A stretch of DNA of 64,000 nucleotides from positions 17,144 to 81,143 of the IMG/VR virus record IMGVR_UViG_3300048623_000062; one strand, written 5' to 3'. This stretch comes from a virus. Its lineage: Duplodnaviria; Caudoviricetes. Below are positions 29,447-39,526 of the stretch, piece after piece (the stretch's first letter is position 1; the number at the start of each line of letters is the position of its first letter). The notes under the pieces are model-generated. The model did no database searches. It saw only the letters and a program-made list of their open reading frames with translations, and was not told the origin of the DNA. The position numbers and the translations under genes were made by a program.

Positions 29447-30043
29447 ATGACCGAGCACGCCAACACCGAATACCCCCGCCTCACGGACGATCGCCAGTGG
29501 CATCGCTATTCGTACAACATCGGTTCCCCGTACGACGACTGGGCGACCGCGCGCAAGGATGCACAGCGCGAGCTCGAGGCGTTGCCACTGGGTGCCGCAA
29601 TCGTCGATGTCCACTGGGCGGGCGGCGACGGCTACCTGGTCGTGCGGCCGACTGTCGAGGACGCCGAGCGCTACCTCGACGAGTTGGTGGACCGGCACCG
29701 CGGAACCCGGCCGAGTCGACATTACGCCGACCTGACCTATCCGGGATGCAGCGAGAGCAGTGCGGTCGTCCTTGTGGTCAAGGCGGCTATCGACTCTGTA
29801 CGACGAAACGCGGTCACCGATGACGACCTACGCAAGCTGCAGCAGGAGGCCGAGGCCGCTCACGATTTTGACACGGTCTATCTCGTCAACTGCGCGCTCG
29901 ACCTGCCAGGTCCGGCGCCGAAGATGCCACCGGGCGACGCGCGGGCCAAGTTGGAGCAGCACATCATGGACGTGCGCAAGGCGCGCATGGATGAGGCCAG
30001 AAGCAAACTCTCGGACGTTGTCTGCGAGCTCTGGAATTCCTGA
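29447..30043 (+). CDS. hypothetical protein
   Basis: GGAG SD. Confidence 0.65.
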   Translation: MTEHANTEYPRLTDDRQWHRYSYNIGSPYDDWATARKDAQRELEALPLGAAIVDVHWAGGDGYLVVRPTVEDAERYLDELVDRHRGTRPSRHYADLTYPGCSESSAVVLVVKAAIDSVRRNAVTDDDLRKLQQEAEAAHDFDTVYLVNCALDLPGPAPKMPPGDARAKLEQHIMDVRKARMDEARSKLSDVVCELWNS

Positions 30044-30062
30044 ACTTCCCGTGCTCGAACTC

Positions 30063-30215
30063 ATGAACACGCAAGACGACGCCATCCTGTCTATCGCATG
30101 CCCCAAATGCGAAGCCTACCCGGGCGACCGCTGCCACTCGATGGCCAGCAGTGGGTGGAGGGTGGTCCGTGCGCATCGCGAGCGCGTACTCGCCGCCCAC
30201 AGGAAGGCACCATGA
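30063..30215 (+). CDS. small zinc-finger-like protein
   Basis: CPKC....GDRC...H. Confidence 0.5.
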   Translation: MNTQDDAILSIACPKCEAYPGDRCHSMASSGWRVVRAHRERVLAAHRKAP

Positions 30216-30520
30216 TCACGTTCTGCGAATGCGGCCACGGACGTGAATCGCACGATCTCGATGACGCGTGCTCCGCGTGTCGCTGCCGCGCCATGAGCAA
30301 CCCAGCCGACATGAACCTTCCCATGGTCAAGGTGGCGCGCGAGCGGCACGAACTTCGCCTGCATCGCAACCGGAAGGCATTGCGCGGCGCCACCGTCATC
30401 GCGATCACTGCCGCGTACTTCCTAACCTACAGCAGCGTAGTTCTCGCAGTTGTGATAGCGGCTGGCCTGGTCGGGGAGATCGCATCGGAACGGTGGCAGA
30501 AGCGCCAGGAGGTCCCATGA
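30212..30520 (+). CDS. Cys-cluster plus TM protein
   Basis: CECGH...CSACRC; C-terminal TM. Confidence 0.6.
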   Translation: MITFCECGHGRESHDLDDACSACRCRAMSNPADMNLPMVKVARERHELRLHRNRKALRGATVIAITAAYFLTYSSVVLAVVIAAGLVGEIASERWQKRQEVP

Positions 30521-30825
30521 GCGAACTCACCAAGCTCGACGTTGCTGTACTCACCTGCTTCATCACGACGCTGTTCTGCGGGGTGATCGGCGTGTGGCGC
30601 GCCATCCTGGAGGCCAAGGCGAGCGACCGCAGGGAGTACGAGCAATACGAGCGAGGACTCCGGCACGGACGAGAAGGGGAGGCGCGAGACCAGCGCCAGC
30701 GAGAGATCGACGCCGAACGCTCACGAATCGACCTCGAGCACGCGGCGCGGAATCTCGAGATCGTGGAGGAATACAGCCGTCGAGTCCGAGCGTACGTCGA
30801 CGACGAAAACAGGACCTGGAACTGA
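30517..30825 (+). CDS. TM plus coiled-coil protein
   Basis: ATGA overlap. Confidence 0.6.
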   Translation: MSELTKLDVAVLTCFITTLFCGVIGVWRAILEAKASDRREYEQYERGLRHGREGEARDQRQREIDAERSRIDLEHAARNLEIVEEYSRRVRAYVDDENRTWN

Positions 30826-31316
30826 TGCTTGACCCACGCACCATCGAGACGCTGCTCGCCGAGGCCGTTGCCCTGCAGGACTGGGATACGGTCGCGGTGT
30901 GCGAGCGTGCGTTGACCGGGATCATCTCGGTCGCCACCATGAAGCGCCTCAGCCCGCAAGCGTGCGTGGTCGTCCAGACCCTCGAGCTCAGACTCGCAGG
31001 CGTCCGGGCCGACAACCCGATGGTGCCCGAGAAGTACACCGAGATCGCCTTGCTCACCCAGGACAAGGCCATCGAACGACTCGAGGCGAAGATAGGTCAT
31101 CGCGTCGACCTTGATGAACGCGACCCCGCTTATTTGCCACCCGATGACGCGACTGCAGCCTGTGACGATGTCGATGTGGAGCTTGAGCTCGATGTCGACG
31201 TGTCCGATCTCGCCCCCACTCTTCCGCCCACGCCGCGGATGATCCGCGTATTCTCAGGGCTCGACCTCACTGAGCTCGATGACCCGGATGACGACAAGAC
31301 GGTGATACCATCATGA
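30825..31316 (+). CDS. hypothetical protein, acidic tail
   Basis: Coupled start. Confidence 0.6.
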   Translation: MLDPRTIETLLAEAVALQDWDTVAVCERALTGIISVATMKRLSPQACVVVQTLELRLAGVRADNPMVPEKYTEIALLTQDKAIERLEAKIGHRVDLDERDPAYLPPDDATAACDDVDVELELDVDVSDLAPTLPPTPRMIRVFSGLDLTELDDPDDDKTVIPS

Positions 31317-31735
31317 GAATCATCCTGCTCCTTACCCTGCCTCTTCTCGTGACGTGCGCCGCGCTGTCGTCCGGCGGCCCCAGCGATCTGCCGGACTGCG
31401 CGGCCATCCACTGCACCACCGTGGACTGCGAAGGTGGTGACTACCAGATCGGGCGTTCCTGCACATGCCACTGGCCGCCCGCGAACGACATCCAGTGCTG
31501 GGATGACAGTGGCACGGTGGACCGGATGACCGGCTGCGCCGAGCAGGCTGATCTCTGGTGTACTCGAGCCGGGTTCCCCGGCGGCGGGTGTGTCGTGTGG
31601 TACGCCACGCGCTGCATGCCCACCGGACCTGACGCCACCATGTACTCTGACGAGCTCGCGGACTGTCTGGCTGCGATCGTGACCACCCCGCTACCGCGCA
31701 CCGAGCCGCTCGAGTGCGTCGAGACCTGGCGATGA
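31313..31735 (+). CDS. Cys-rich secreted/lipoprotein paralogue
   Basis: HCTTVDC...CTCHWPP. Confidence 0.7.
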   Translation: MRIILLLTLPLLVTCAALSSGGPSDLPDCAAIHCTTVDCEGGDYQIGRSCTCHWPPANDIQCWDDSGTVDRMTGCAEQADLWCTRAGFPGGGCVVWYATRCMPTGPDATMYSDELADCLAAIVTTPLPRTEPLECVETWR

Positions 31736-31938
31736 CGCCTGACCGGAAACGCGTCATCGCGATTCACGTGTTGATGTACATCGCCGACCACATGGAAGCA
31801 GTGCTCGACGTGGACCCCGGACCCCATGACCTCGTCGAGACCGACGTCGAGGACGCATTCCTCGTCAAAACGTTCAAGCGCGAAGCGGACAAGATACGCA
31901 AACGCGCCGACCGACTGCGCAAATCAAGGAGAATCTGA
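31732..31938 (+). CDS. small protein
   Basis: ATGA overlap. Confidence 0.55.
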   Translation: MTPDRKRVIAIHVLMYIADHMEAVLDVDPGPHDLVETDVEDAFLVKTFKREADKIRKRADRLRKSRRI

Positions 31939-32109
31939 GATGCCTACCAAGATTGTCTCTAACCGCTCGATGACCCCGGCCCCGGACTTTCATATGGCCC
32001 TCCTATGGCTCCGTTCCATGGAGTCCATAATCGGCCACTCTGCGGTGGTCCTGCTGTCGGAGGTCGAGCAGTACGACCTGTTCGGGAACTACCGGCCGTT
32101 GGTTAAGGC

Positions 32110-33145
32110 GTGATCTCGACCACGCTCTACAACGAGAACGACGACTTCGCAGCCACCTGGCTGGAAAGCCTCATCGCCCATGGCCACATCGCGCAAGGAA
32201 CCGTCGACCGACGCTCCATCGCCGACCTCACCCCAGCCGACGTTTCCGGGCCTGGACAGCGCCACTTCTTCGCCGGGATTGGCGGATGGTCCCATGCCCT
32301 ACGCCTCGCCGGAGTCAGCGACGATACCGACGTCTGGACAGGGAGTTGCCCCTGCCAGCCGTTCTCGGACGCGGGCAAGGGGGGGCGGAGTTCTCGACCC
32401 TCGACATCTTTGGCCGGCATGGTTCTCACTCATCCGCGAGTGCCGCCCTCCAATCATCTTTGGAGAGCAGGTTGCGAGCCGCGATGGTCTCGAGTGGTTC
32501 GACGCTGTTTCGACTGACCTGGAACGATGCGATTACGCCGTCGGGGCGGCGGATCTATGCGCTGCGGGCGTCGGTGCTCCGCACATCCGACAGCGGCTGT
32601 ACTTCGTGGCCTACGCCATTGGCGACCGACGGCTCAAAGGCATCGGCGTACAGCAACCGCAACGGCGACCCGAACCAGCCGTGCCTCAAGCTGACCGGAG
32701 CGGCGAAGATGGCGGCGTGGCCGACGCCGGTGGCACGGGACCACAAAACGGGCGGGATGGACAGCCAGCTATCGACCGTGGCTCCGCTCGCAGCATGGGC
32801 AACCCCGGCCGCACACGAGGCGGGCGGAACGCCGGAGACGTTCATGGCGCGCAAGACGAAGTGCGCGGAGCGAGCCGCGGACCGGGGCGTGAGCATGGGC
32901 GTCTCGTTGACGTCGCTGGCGATGCAGGTGCAACTCGCGGATTCTGGAACCCAGCCGACTGGATCCTCTGCCGAGACCCAGCCGGGGGTCAGCCGGTCGC
33001 CCGGCCAGTTGAACCCGGAGCATTCCCGCTGGCTGCAGGGGTACCCGGCCGCGTGGGGCTCTTGCGGGGCTACGGCAACGCCATCGTCCCGCAAGTCGCC
33101 GCCCAGTTCATCCAAGCGGCGCTCCAAGCCATAGGAACGGCGTAG
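32110..33145 (+). pseudogene. C5-cytosine DNA methyltransferase, frameshifted at a G7 tract (32379-32385)
   Basis: FFAGIGG and SCPCQPFS in frame 1; RHLWP, GEQV, RQRLYF and GYGNAIVP in frame 2. One extra G joins them. Confidence 0.8.
32484..33134 (+). CDS. overlapping alternative-frame ORF, candidate methyltransferase beta subunit
   Basis: WPTP repeats and LNPEHSRWLQGYP (motif IX-like); start uncertain. Confidence 0.6.
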   Translation: MVSSGSTLFRLTWNDAITPSGRRIYALRASVLRTSDSGCTSWPTPLATDGSKASAYSNRNGDPNQPCLKLTGAAKMAAWPTPVARDHKTGGMDSQLSTVAPLAAWATPAAHEAGGTPETFMARKTKCAERAADRGVSMGVSLTSLAMQVQLADSGTQPTGSSAETQPGVSRSPGQLNPEHSRWLQGYPAAWGSCGATATPSSRKSPPSSSKRRSKP

Positions 33146-33166
33146 CAGATCCCGGATGATTCCGAC

Positions 33167-33179
33167 TTGCCAGTGGCAA
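33167..33179. promoter_or_regulatory. palindromic operator copy 5, upstream of the ParB-like gene
   Basis: Perfect match. Confidence 0.8.
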
Positions 33180-33350
33180 GCGTGGCGAGCATGATGCCAC
33201 GCGACTCTGTGATTGACCCTGCGATCGAACGTTTTGGCAATGGCGGTAGCCCGCGAGGCGGCGTACCTCACCGCTGAACGCGAAAGCCTCGGACTGGTGA
33301 GTCCTGACGGCCCGCCACCCTTCCCTATCCCCATCCCCAAGGAGACTGTG

Positions 33351-34682
33351 ATGCGTTTCGATGACGATACTGACACCACCCCCGAAGAAGAGATCGATGA
33401 AATCGGCCCGGAAGTGACCGACGAGATCGAAGGCGACCCCGACGACAACGAGATCCCGGACCCGGAAGTCGTTCTAGTTCCAGACCCGGAGGCCGACTCG
33501 CCCGAGGAGCCGGTGCCGACCAAGGGGAATGGCCGCTCCAAGAAGCGGGCTTCGAAGCCGAAGCCGGGATCGGATGACCTCACGCTGGTGCCGACACGCT
33601 CGTTCGCCAAGCAGATTCCGGTCGCCGCCGAAGTCGTGGAGCCGCCGACTCCGGCCGAGGAGCGTGAGGTCCGGTACGAGCGCTTGAGTTCGATCCGGAT
33701 CGAATACAAGCACTGGCAGAACCCGCGCCAGCGCACGGGGCTCGAGGACGCCAAGATCAAGGCTCTTGCCGAGAGCATCTCGGCCCGCAGCACTACCGAT
33801 GAGACCGGCGTTGTCACGGCCGGCCTCAAGACGCCGCTGGACGTCGTCGCCATCAAGTCCAACGGCGGCACCGTCCTCCTGGCGATCGACGGTCAGCGCC
33901 GGACGCGCGCGATGGAGTACCTGGGTCTACCGAGCGACACGCTCGTCCCGGTGTTCTACTACAAGCCGGAACCCATCGACTGGACCCCAGCGGTTGCCGC
34001 CGAGCTCCTGCTCGAGGTCGTCGAGATGGCCTCCACGCGCGAGGGGCTGTCGAGCTTCGAGCTCGCGGACGTCGCCCAGCGACTCCGCTCGTCCAAGGAC
34101 GAGGACACCGGCAAGGAATACACGATGGCGAAGATCGCCAAGGCGATCGACCGCTCCGAGTCGTGGTGCTCCAAGATCCTGGGCGCGATGAAGACCGCCA
34201 CGCCTGCGCTCTTGCTGCGGTGGGAGAAAGGCGAGGTCACGGACGAGCAATTTAAGGATTTGGCCGCGACCAAGGAGCCAAGCAAACAGAAGTCCGCCCT
34301 CAACGCCGTCATCGAGGCGCGGACGACCGGCGACACGCGCGGCGCGCGCACCCTCGCCAAAGAAGCGAAGGTCATCGCAAAGCGCGACGAGCCAAAGTCG
34401 AAGCCAAAGAAGCCGGCCAAGGGCGAGCAGACGTCGATCGATACGCCTCCTCCCATGAGGCCAACCCCGGGTGCGATCCTCGACGACCTGATCCGCGTGG
34501 CCGACGATCGCCCGCCGACCCACGACTACGTGCGCGGCATCATGGACGGCTTGCGATATGCGCGCGGCGGCATCGACCCGAGGAACTTCGGTAAGCCGTG
34601 GGGGGTATATCTGGGGCTCGTCATGGGCGAGTCGCCCACGAAGGCGAAGCCGGCCAAGGGCGCCAAGAAGCCCAAGAAGTAG
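33351..34682 (+). CDS. ParB/KorB-family DNA-binding protein
   Basis: QNPR, IDGQRRTRA and HTH-like MAKIAKAIDRSESWCSKIL; AAGGAG SD (ORF track start 33213). Confidence 0.8.
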   Translation: MRFDDDTDTTPEEEIDEIGPEVTDEIEGDPDDNEIPDPEVVLVPDPEADSPEEPVPTKGNGRSKKRASKPKPGSDDLTLVPTRSFAKQIPVAAEVVEPPTPAEEREVRYERLSSIRIEYKHWQNPRQRTGLEDAKIKALAESISARSTTDETGVVTAGLKTPLDVVAIKSNGGTVLLAIDGQRRTRAMEYLGLPSDTLVPVFYYKPEPIDWTPAVAAELLLEVVEMASTREGLSSFELADVAQRLRSSKDEDTGKEYTMAKIAKAIDRSESWCSKILGAMKTATPALLLRWEKGEVTDEQFKDLAATKEPSKQKSALNAVIEARTTGDTRGARTLAKEAKVIAKRDEPKSKPKKPAKGEQTSIDTPPPMRPTPGAILDDLIRVADDRPPTHDYVRGIMDGLRYARGGIDPRNFGKPWGVYLGLVMGESPTKAKPAKGAKKPKK

Positions 34683-34884
34683 ACGCTTCTCAGTGCGCTC
34701 GGACTGAGACTAGAACTGGCACTGACTCTTTGAGCGTAGCTCGGTACGATTTGAGCCCGAGACGGAAAATTCGCCAGTACTCCTCGGGCTCGCCGAGACG
34801 GGCAATGCAGATCCGAGACGGCCTTCTGCTGCCGTGACAGCCACTCCTGGTTGACCTGACCATTGTTCCGCGCGACCATGCAGC

Positions 34885-35103
34885 ATGGGAGCAATCATCG
34901 ACCTGTGGAAAAGCGAGCGCGGCCTCATGGCCATGGTGCTCATCATCGCGAGCTTCGTGCTCACCATGACCGGCAAGGTGTCGGCCGACGTGTGGGTCGA
35001 ATATACGAAGTGGATCTTCGTGACCTACGCGGCGGCCAAGATGGTCACGAGCGTGGCCGAGACGCGTGCCGGAGCGACCGCTGACCAGAAGCCGCAAGGG
35101 TAA
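34885..35103 (+). CDS. holin-like two-TM protein
   Basis: 72 aa, two hydrophobic helices. Confidence 0.5.
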   Translation: MGAIIDLWKSERGLMAMVLIIASFVLTMTGKVSADVWVEYTKWIFVTYAAAKMVTSVAETRAGATADQKPQG

Positions 35104-35216
35104 CCCGCCGCCCTCCACCTGGCTGGGCACGCTGAGCGCGCCGACGCTCCCGATCATTTAGAACACCCCAGCGTTCCAATGGCTGGGACTGCACCACCAC
35201 TCTCACGGAGAAATCG

Positions 35217-35624
35217 ATGAACAACTACCGCTATCCACGATCGCCGATCACCGCCTATTTCACGTCCGTCGTCTGCCTACTGCTGTTCGCCTGCACGCTC
35301 GGCGCGAGCTGCGACAAGAGCCAGCGGCAGGACACCCTCCGCGCCAGCCTCATCACCGTGAACGCGGCCCGCGACGGCTTCACCGTGTGGGACGTCGAGC
35401 ACCAACAGCGCCTCGTCGAGGACGCCGTGGATCGCGAGACCGCCATCAAGGCGGTCACCGAGTACCGCACCACCACGCAGAAGCCCATCGTCGATGGGTT
35501 CACCGTCGCCTATCGCGCGCTGGCCGTCGCGGCCACGCAGACCGACGAGCCGTCACTCAAGGCAGCGCTCATCGCCGCCACCGAGCTCGTGGACGCCGTC
35601 AAACGTCTCACCCAAGGGAAGTAG
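35217..35624 (+). CDS. putative lipoprotein (spanin-like context)
   Basis: Hydrophobic segment ending LGASC, then helical domain. Confidence 0.5.
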   Translation: MNNYRYPRSPITAYFTSVVCLLLFACTLGASCDKSQRQDTLRASLITVNAARDGFTVWDVEHQQRLVEDAVDRETAIKAVTEYRTTTQKPIVDGFTVAYRALAVAATQTDEPSLKAALIAATELVDAVKRLTQGK

Positions 35625-35627
35625 CCA

Positions 35628-35915
35628 ATGCCATCCACCGCCAGCAAGGTTCTCAACATCTCCGCCGTCGCCCTCGAGGCCGTCGGCGCCGTCGCAGCGC
35701 ACGCCAAGACAGTGCTCGGCGGCAGCCACACCGTCGACCAGTTGTCGGACATCGCCAAGATGTTGGTGGCGGTTGTCGAGGCAGTCCGACATGGCCTCGA
35801 GACCACCGCGACCGCCGCCGATGTCGAGGCATCCCTGACCTCACTGCTCACCGGCATCACGTCGAACAACTCGATCGTCGACGCGATGATTGACGAGAAG
35901 TTCAAGCAAGGGTAG
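35628..35915 (+). CDS. small helical protein
   Basis: ORF track. Confidence 0.6.
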   Translation: MPSTASKVLNISAVALEAVGAVAAHAKTVLGGSHTVDQLSDIAKMLVAVVEAVRHGLETTATAADVEASLTSLLTGITSNNSIVDAMIDEKFKQG

Positions 35916-36076
35916 CCAGCGACCCTGATCGCTGGACGCCATCCGAGTGAAGCCAGAGGTAGCCCGATGCCTTACCAAACCGGGAACTCCACCTGTCGAG
36001 GACCTGGATGTATCGGGACTAGGCGCGCCATGGGGAATCGGGACTTGAGCGGAGTGGTTGTCGTATACTAGGCGTC

Positions 36077-36712
36077 ATGCCTAGCCCCCAGCGAACCGCC
36101 CGCGCGCCGCGCTGCCAGGTGTACGAGAACAACCGGCGCTGCACGCGCGACGGCCACGGCGAACCGGCCGTGTGCGCGCGCCACCGCGCCGCAATCGCCG
36201 GCGCCGCCAAGGCATCGCCATTCGCGACGATCGTCGCCGAGCAGGTCGAGAACTTCCTCGGCGGCAAGCCCATCAACCGCGAGGCGATCTTCGGCGGCAT
36301 CGCCGAGACCCTGGCCCAGCAGTGGGCTCCGGCCATGGGCGGCGGGTACCACCCCGAGGTCGGACGACAGGAGAGCGAGAACTCAGCCCATCGGCGGGCT
36401 CAGTCAGGTCGCGCCGCCCAAGGCGTGAACTGGGGCGACATCTTCCGCGACGCCCAGGAGCGCGTACGGGATGCACAGCGCCAAACTCGGCAAACGCCTC
36501 CACCCCAGGCGGACGACAGCGAGCGCATCGCCCGCGACGTCGCGCTCGCTCGCCAGGTCATGGGGTTCGCGGCTTCCGAGCCGCTGACCGAGGAGGTGAT
36601 CACCGCGAGGAAGCGCGCGCTCGCCAAGAAGCACCACCCGGATCGCGGCGGCAGCGTCGAAAAGATGGCGACCATCAACAACGCGGCTGACGTGTTGATG
36701 GCGTCGCTGTAG
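36077..36712 (+). CDS. J-domain (DnaJ-like) protein with N-terminal Cys/His motif
   Basis: AKKHHPDRGG...INNA. Confidence 0.85.
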   Translation: MPSPQRTARAPRCQVYENNRRCTRDGHGEPAVCARHRAAIAGAAKASPFATIVAEQVENFLGGKPINREAIFGGIAETLAQQWAPAMGGGYHPEVGRQESENSAHRRAQSGRAAQGVNWGDIFRDAQERVRDAQRQTRQTPPPQADDSERIARDVALARQVMGFAASEPLTEEVITARKRALAKKHHPDRGGSVEKMATINNAADVLMASL

Positions 36713-36721
36713 CATCGGCGG

Positions 36722-37432
36722 ATGCCAAGACTCTACTCGTACCGAGAACGCCTCTACTCCGACCTCTACGACGCCGTGTCGCCGCGCGCGTTCGACCGCA
36801 ATACCGACGGCCGAGGCGTCGTCCTCAAGATGTTCAGCAACGAGAACATCGGGAACGTCGCGCTGACCAACCTCCAGACCGCCGGCCAACTCCCGGATAT
36901 GGCCATGGCAGTCTACAGTTGGTACGCGCGCACCAACATCTCCGAGATCGGCGGTACCGACGCGTTCAAGCGCGCGTGGCACGCATGGGTCAATGCAACG
37001 ACTGTCGATTTCATCGTCGGAGCGAGGCCGTACGGCGTGCGGTCGCTGGCCAGCCTGCTCATGGGGCGCGTGCCCTTCGAGTCGACGCCCGACGCCGCCG
37101 CGACCGATCGCATCGCCAAGCACGCGTGGGCGGCGTTTAGCAGTGAAATCAGCGTTGCCACGAACGGTGATCGCGATGGAACCGCCGCCTGGGAAGAGGC
37201 GGCATGGCGCCTTCTCTCCCCTCAAGAGCGACACGCATGGTTCAAGGCAGCGACCGCCAAGGACCCCCGCAACGCGGTTATTCACATGCCGAGACGCACG
37301 AGCTTCGGTGTCACCGTGACCAGCGATCCAAGCGCGCTACGGGCGCTGCTCGAGGTGATGCCGACCGACGCCGCCCCTCAGGCGCTGGTCTGGGTGCATC
37401 TCGAAGGCTGGACGACCCGCGATATCCAGTAG
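36722..37432 (+). CDS. paralogue of capsid candidate 1 with helical insertion
   Basis: MPRL..YRERL, NIGN.ALTNLQTAGQL and C-terminal TRD.Q shared. Confidence 0.8.
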   Translation: MPRLYSYRERLYSDLYDAVSPRAFDRNTDGRGVVLKMFSNENIGNVALTNLQTAGQLPDMAMAVYSWYARTNISEIGGTDAFKRAWHAWVNATTVDFIVGARPYGVRSLASLLMGRVPFESTPDAAATDRIAKHAWAAFSSEISVATNGDRDGTAAWEEAAWRLLSPQERHAWFKAATAKDPRNAVIHMPRRTSFGVTVTSDPSALRALLEVMPTDAAPQALVWVHLEGWTTRDIQ

Positions 37433-37449
37433 CCTGATATGATGCTGGC

Positions 37450-38178
37450 ATGGCGGATGCCAGCTTCGACGCCGACGTAGCCCAAGCGCGAGGCGTCTAC
37501 CAGACGCTCGGGCCGTGGATCGACCGCTACCACGGCGGGATCCCAGTCGGCTTCCTGGCCGCCGCCATCTCCCACGAGAGCGGCGGCAACTTCAACGCCC
37601 CGGGCGACATCCTGCTGGGCGAGGTCGGTTACCTCCAGGTCGCCGCCTACGTGCCGCCGCTGTTCGGATACGCGGCCGAGGCGCGGAACGACCCCGAGTC
37701 GAACATCGCGATCGGCGTGCTCGAGTACGAGCTCGAGGCCGCGCTGTGGGCGCTCTCGACGCCCCAGGTCTCACTCGGCTCGTCCGACAACTGGAAACTC
37801 GCCCGGCTGGCGTTCGCGGTCGGCCGCTCCGGGTCGCGTCAACTCGCCAACGCCGCCGCCTTGAGCGTCGGCCTCCCCCAGGGCGACGTGTTCGGCGCCA
37901 TCCGGCGCTACGTGCAGGTCTCCGGCGGCATCCCGCTCGGCAGCCAGAGCGCGGACAAGGTCGCCGCGCGCGTGCTCAGCATCGATCGCCAGTGGGACAT
38001 CGGCCAGGCCGTGGCCTTCGGGATCCCCGGCCCTCCGATGTACATCCCGGATCCGCCGGCCGGCCCGTACGTCATCCCGCCTGAAGTTGCCCCCTATTTC
38101 GTGAAGCCGATCTCAGGTATCCTCCTACTCGCAGCCGGTGGAGCTGTACTCACCTACCTCCTACTGAGGCGAGCATGA
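37450..38178 (+). CDS. lytic transglycosylase-like protein, TM-anchored
   Basis: AAISHESGG...GYLQV...DPESNI; C-terminal TM + RR. Confidence 0.75.
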   Translation: MADASFDADVAQARGVYQTLGPWIDRYHGGIPVGFLAAAISHESGGNFNAPGDILLGEVGYLQVAAYVPPLFGYAAEARNDPESNIAIGVLEYELEAALWALSTPQVSLGSSDNWKLARLAFAVGRSGSRQLANAAALSVGLPQGDVFGAIRRYVQVSGGIPLGSQSADKVAARVLSIDRQWDIGQAVAFGIPGPPMYIPDPPAGPYVIPPEVAPYFVKPISGILLLAAGGAVLTYLLLRRA

Positions 38179-38684
38179 AGCCCTTGATTCTCACGCCCCG
38201 AACGAGACCGCAGCCCGGCGGCGCGGGCAGCAAGATCGGCCCCATCTCCACGAATCGGACGGTGGCCACCGTCCAGACCCCAGCGGTCCAGAGCGGCCAG
38301 TCCGAGTACCGGTACCAGGCGAACACCTACATCACCAAGGTCCCGGTCACCGGCGAGCCGCCGCAGATCATCTACAACGGCGATCGGCTGTGGGCTCGCG
38401 TGACCCTGACGCTCGAGACCGCCGGCCCCGTCGCGGTCGGCGAGAACCAGCAGTTGACCCCGGTGCTGTCGGGCAAGGGGCAGTTGCTGCAAACGGGCGT
38501 CGCGACCACGTTCAACATCGGCAAGGGCAACAAACTCTATGTCGCCGCCACGACGGTGAACAGGATCAAGGTCCTCGTCGAGGCGGTACCGTGGCTCGAG
38601 ACCATCACCGGGCTCCTGACCTCGGTGCTCGGATCGATGGGCGGCAGCGTGCTGGACCTCGTCCGGTCTCGCTCGAAGCTGTAG
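38175..38684 (+). CDS. beta-rich virion-like protein
   Basis: Composition and context. Confidence 0.6.
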   Translation: MKPLILTPRTRPQPGGAGSKIGPISTNRTVATVQTPAVQSGQSEYRYQANTYITKVPVTGEPPQIIYNGDRLWARVTLTLETAGPVAVGENQQLTPVLSGKGQLLQTGVATTFNIGKGNKLYVAATTVNRIKVLVEAVPWLETITGLLTSVLGSMGGSVLDLVRSRSKL

Positions 38685-38687
38685 ACC

Positions 38688-38700
38688 TTGCCACTGGCAA
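38688..38700. promoter_or_regulatory. palindromic operator copy 6, intergenic
   Basis: Perfect match. Confidence 0.8.
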
Positions 38701-38718
38701 CCAGAGGACCCTACCCCT

Positions 38719-39519
38719 ATGTCATACCCTCAGCCCTCAGCGAACGGCTACTGCGTCGGCGGATCCCAGTTCTTCCGTCTACGCACGCTGCTGTCGTCTC
38801 CCGGTGACATCTACGAGTCCGACCAGGGCTGTCTGGCCCTGTCGCTCGGTCCGGACTCGGACTTAGCGAACATCAACGTCAACTACTTCGATGACCAGGT
38901 CACGAACTTCGTGCAGCAGACGACGATCGGCCCGCAGCGGTCGTTCGTTGGTCGAGTCGACGCGAACCCCAGCGAGACCTACTCGCCATCGAAGGTCCCC
39001 GGTCGGATCTTCTTCTGGTCGGCCGATATCTACGATCCGAATTTCCGCCCCAGGACGTTCGATTTCACCAACGACACGATCAACTTTCAGACGCCGGTTC
39101 TCGACGTGGTCCAGTATTTCCAGGCGCCCCCTACGCTGGTTCCGCCGCGCATCGACAAGCAGTTCGTATATCAGAACTACAACGCGTTCGGCGGCGTGTG
39201 CTGGATCGTGGTCCCGTTCTACAGCCGGAAGTTCGCGTACATCCAGTTCACGAATCGCACCCCGGCGTCGGGAATGACGTTCCAGATCATCGGCGTGAAT
39301 TTCGCGATTTCGCCGAACCCGAACCCGATGAACCCGCTTGCCGGTCCGCCGTATCACCAAGAACGACAAATCTTGGCGCCAACGCTCATCCCGTTCACGA
39401 CCTCGTCGAACACCATCGTCAACGCGACCACCGTTGGGATGTTCGACGCGCTCGTGATCGGCATCCAGGGGGCGGTTGGGCCGGCCCCGCTCCGCATCGT
39501 CACCTCGGACACGCTGTGA
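38719..39519 (+). CDS. beta-rich virion-like protein
   Basis: Composition and context. Confidence 0.65.
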   Translation: MSYPQPSANGYCVGGSQFFRLRTLLSSPGDIYESDQGCLALSLGPDSDLANINVNYFDDQVTNFVQQTTIGPQRSFVGRVDANPSETYSPSKVPGRIFFWSADIYDPNFRPRTFDFTNDTINFQTPVLDVVQYFQAPPTLVPPRIDKQFVYQNYNAFGGVCWIVVPFYSRKFAYIQFTNRTPASGMTFQIIGVNFAISPNPNPMNPLAGPPYHQERQILAPTLIPFTTSSNTIVNATTVGMFDALVIGIQGAVGPAPLRIVTSDTL

Positions 39520-39526
39520 GGACCAC

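Noticed and set aside
33182-33198. Sigma54-like GG-N10-GC promoters (33183, 37446)
   Set aside because: Weak match that is common in GC-rich DNA.
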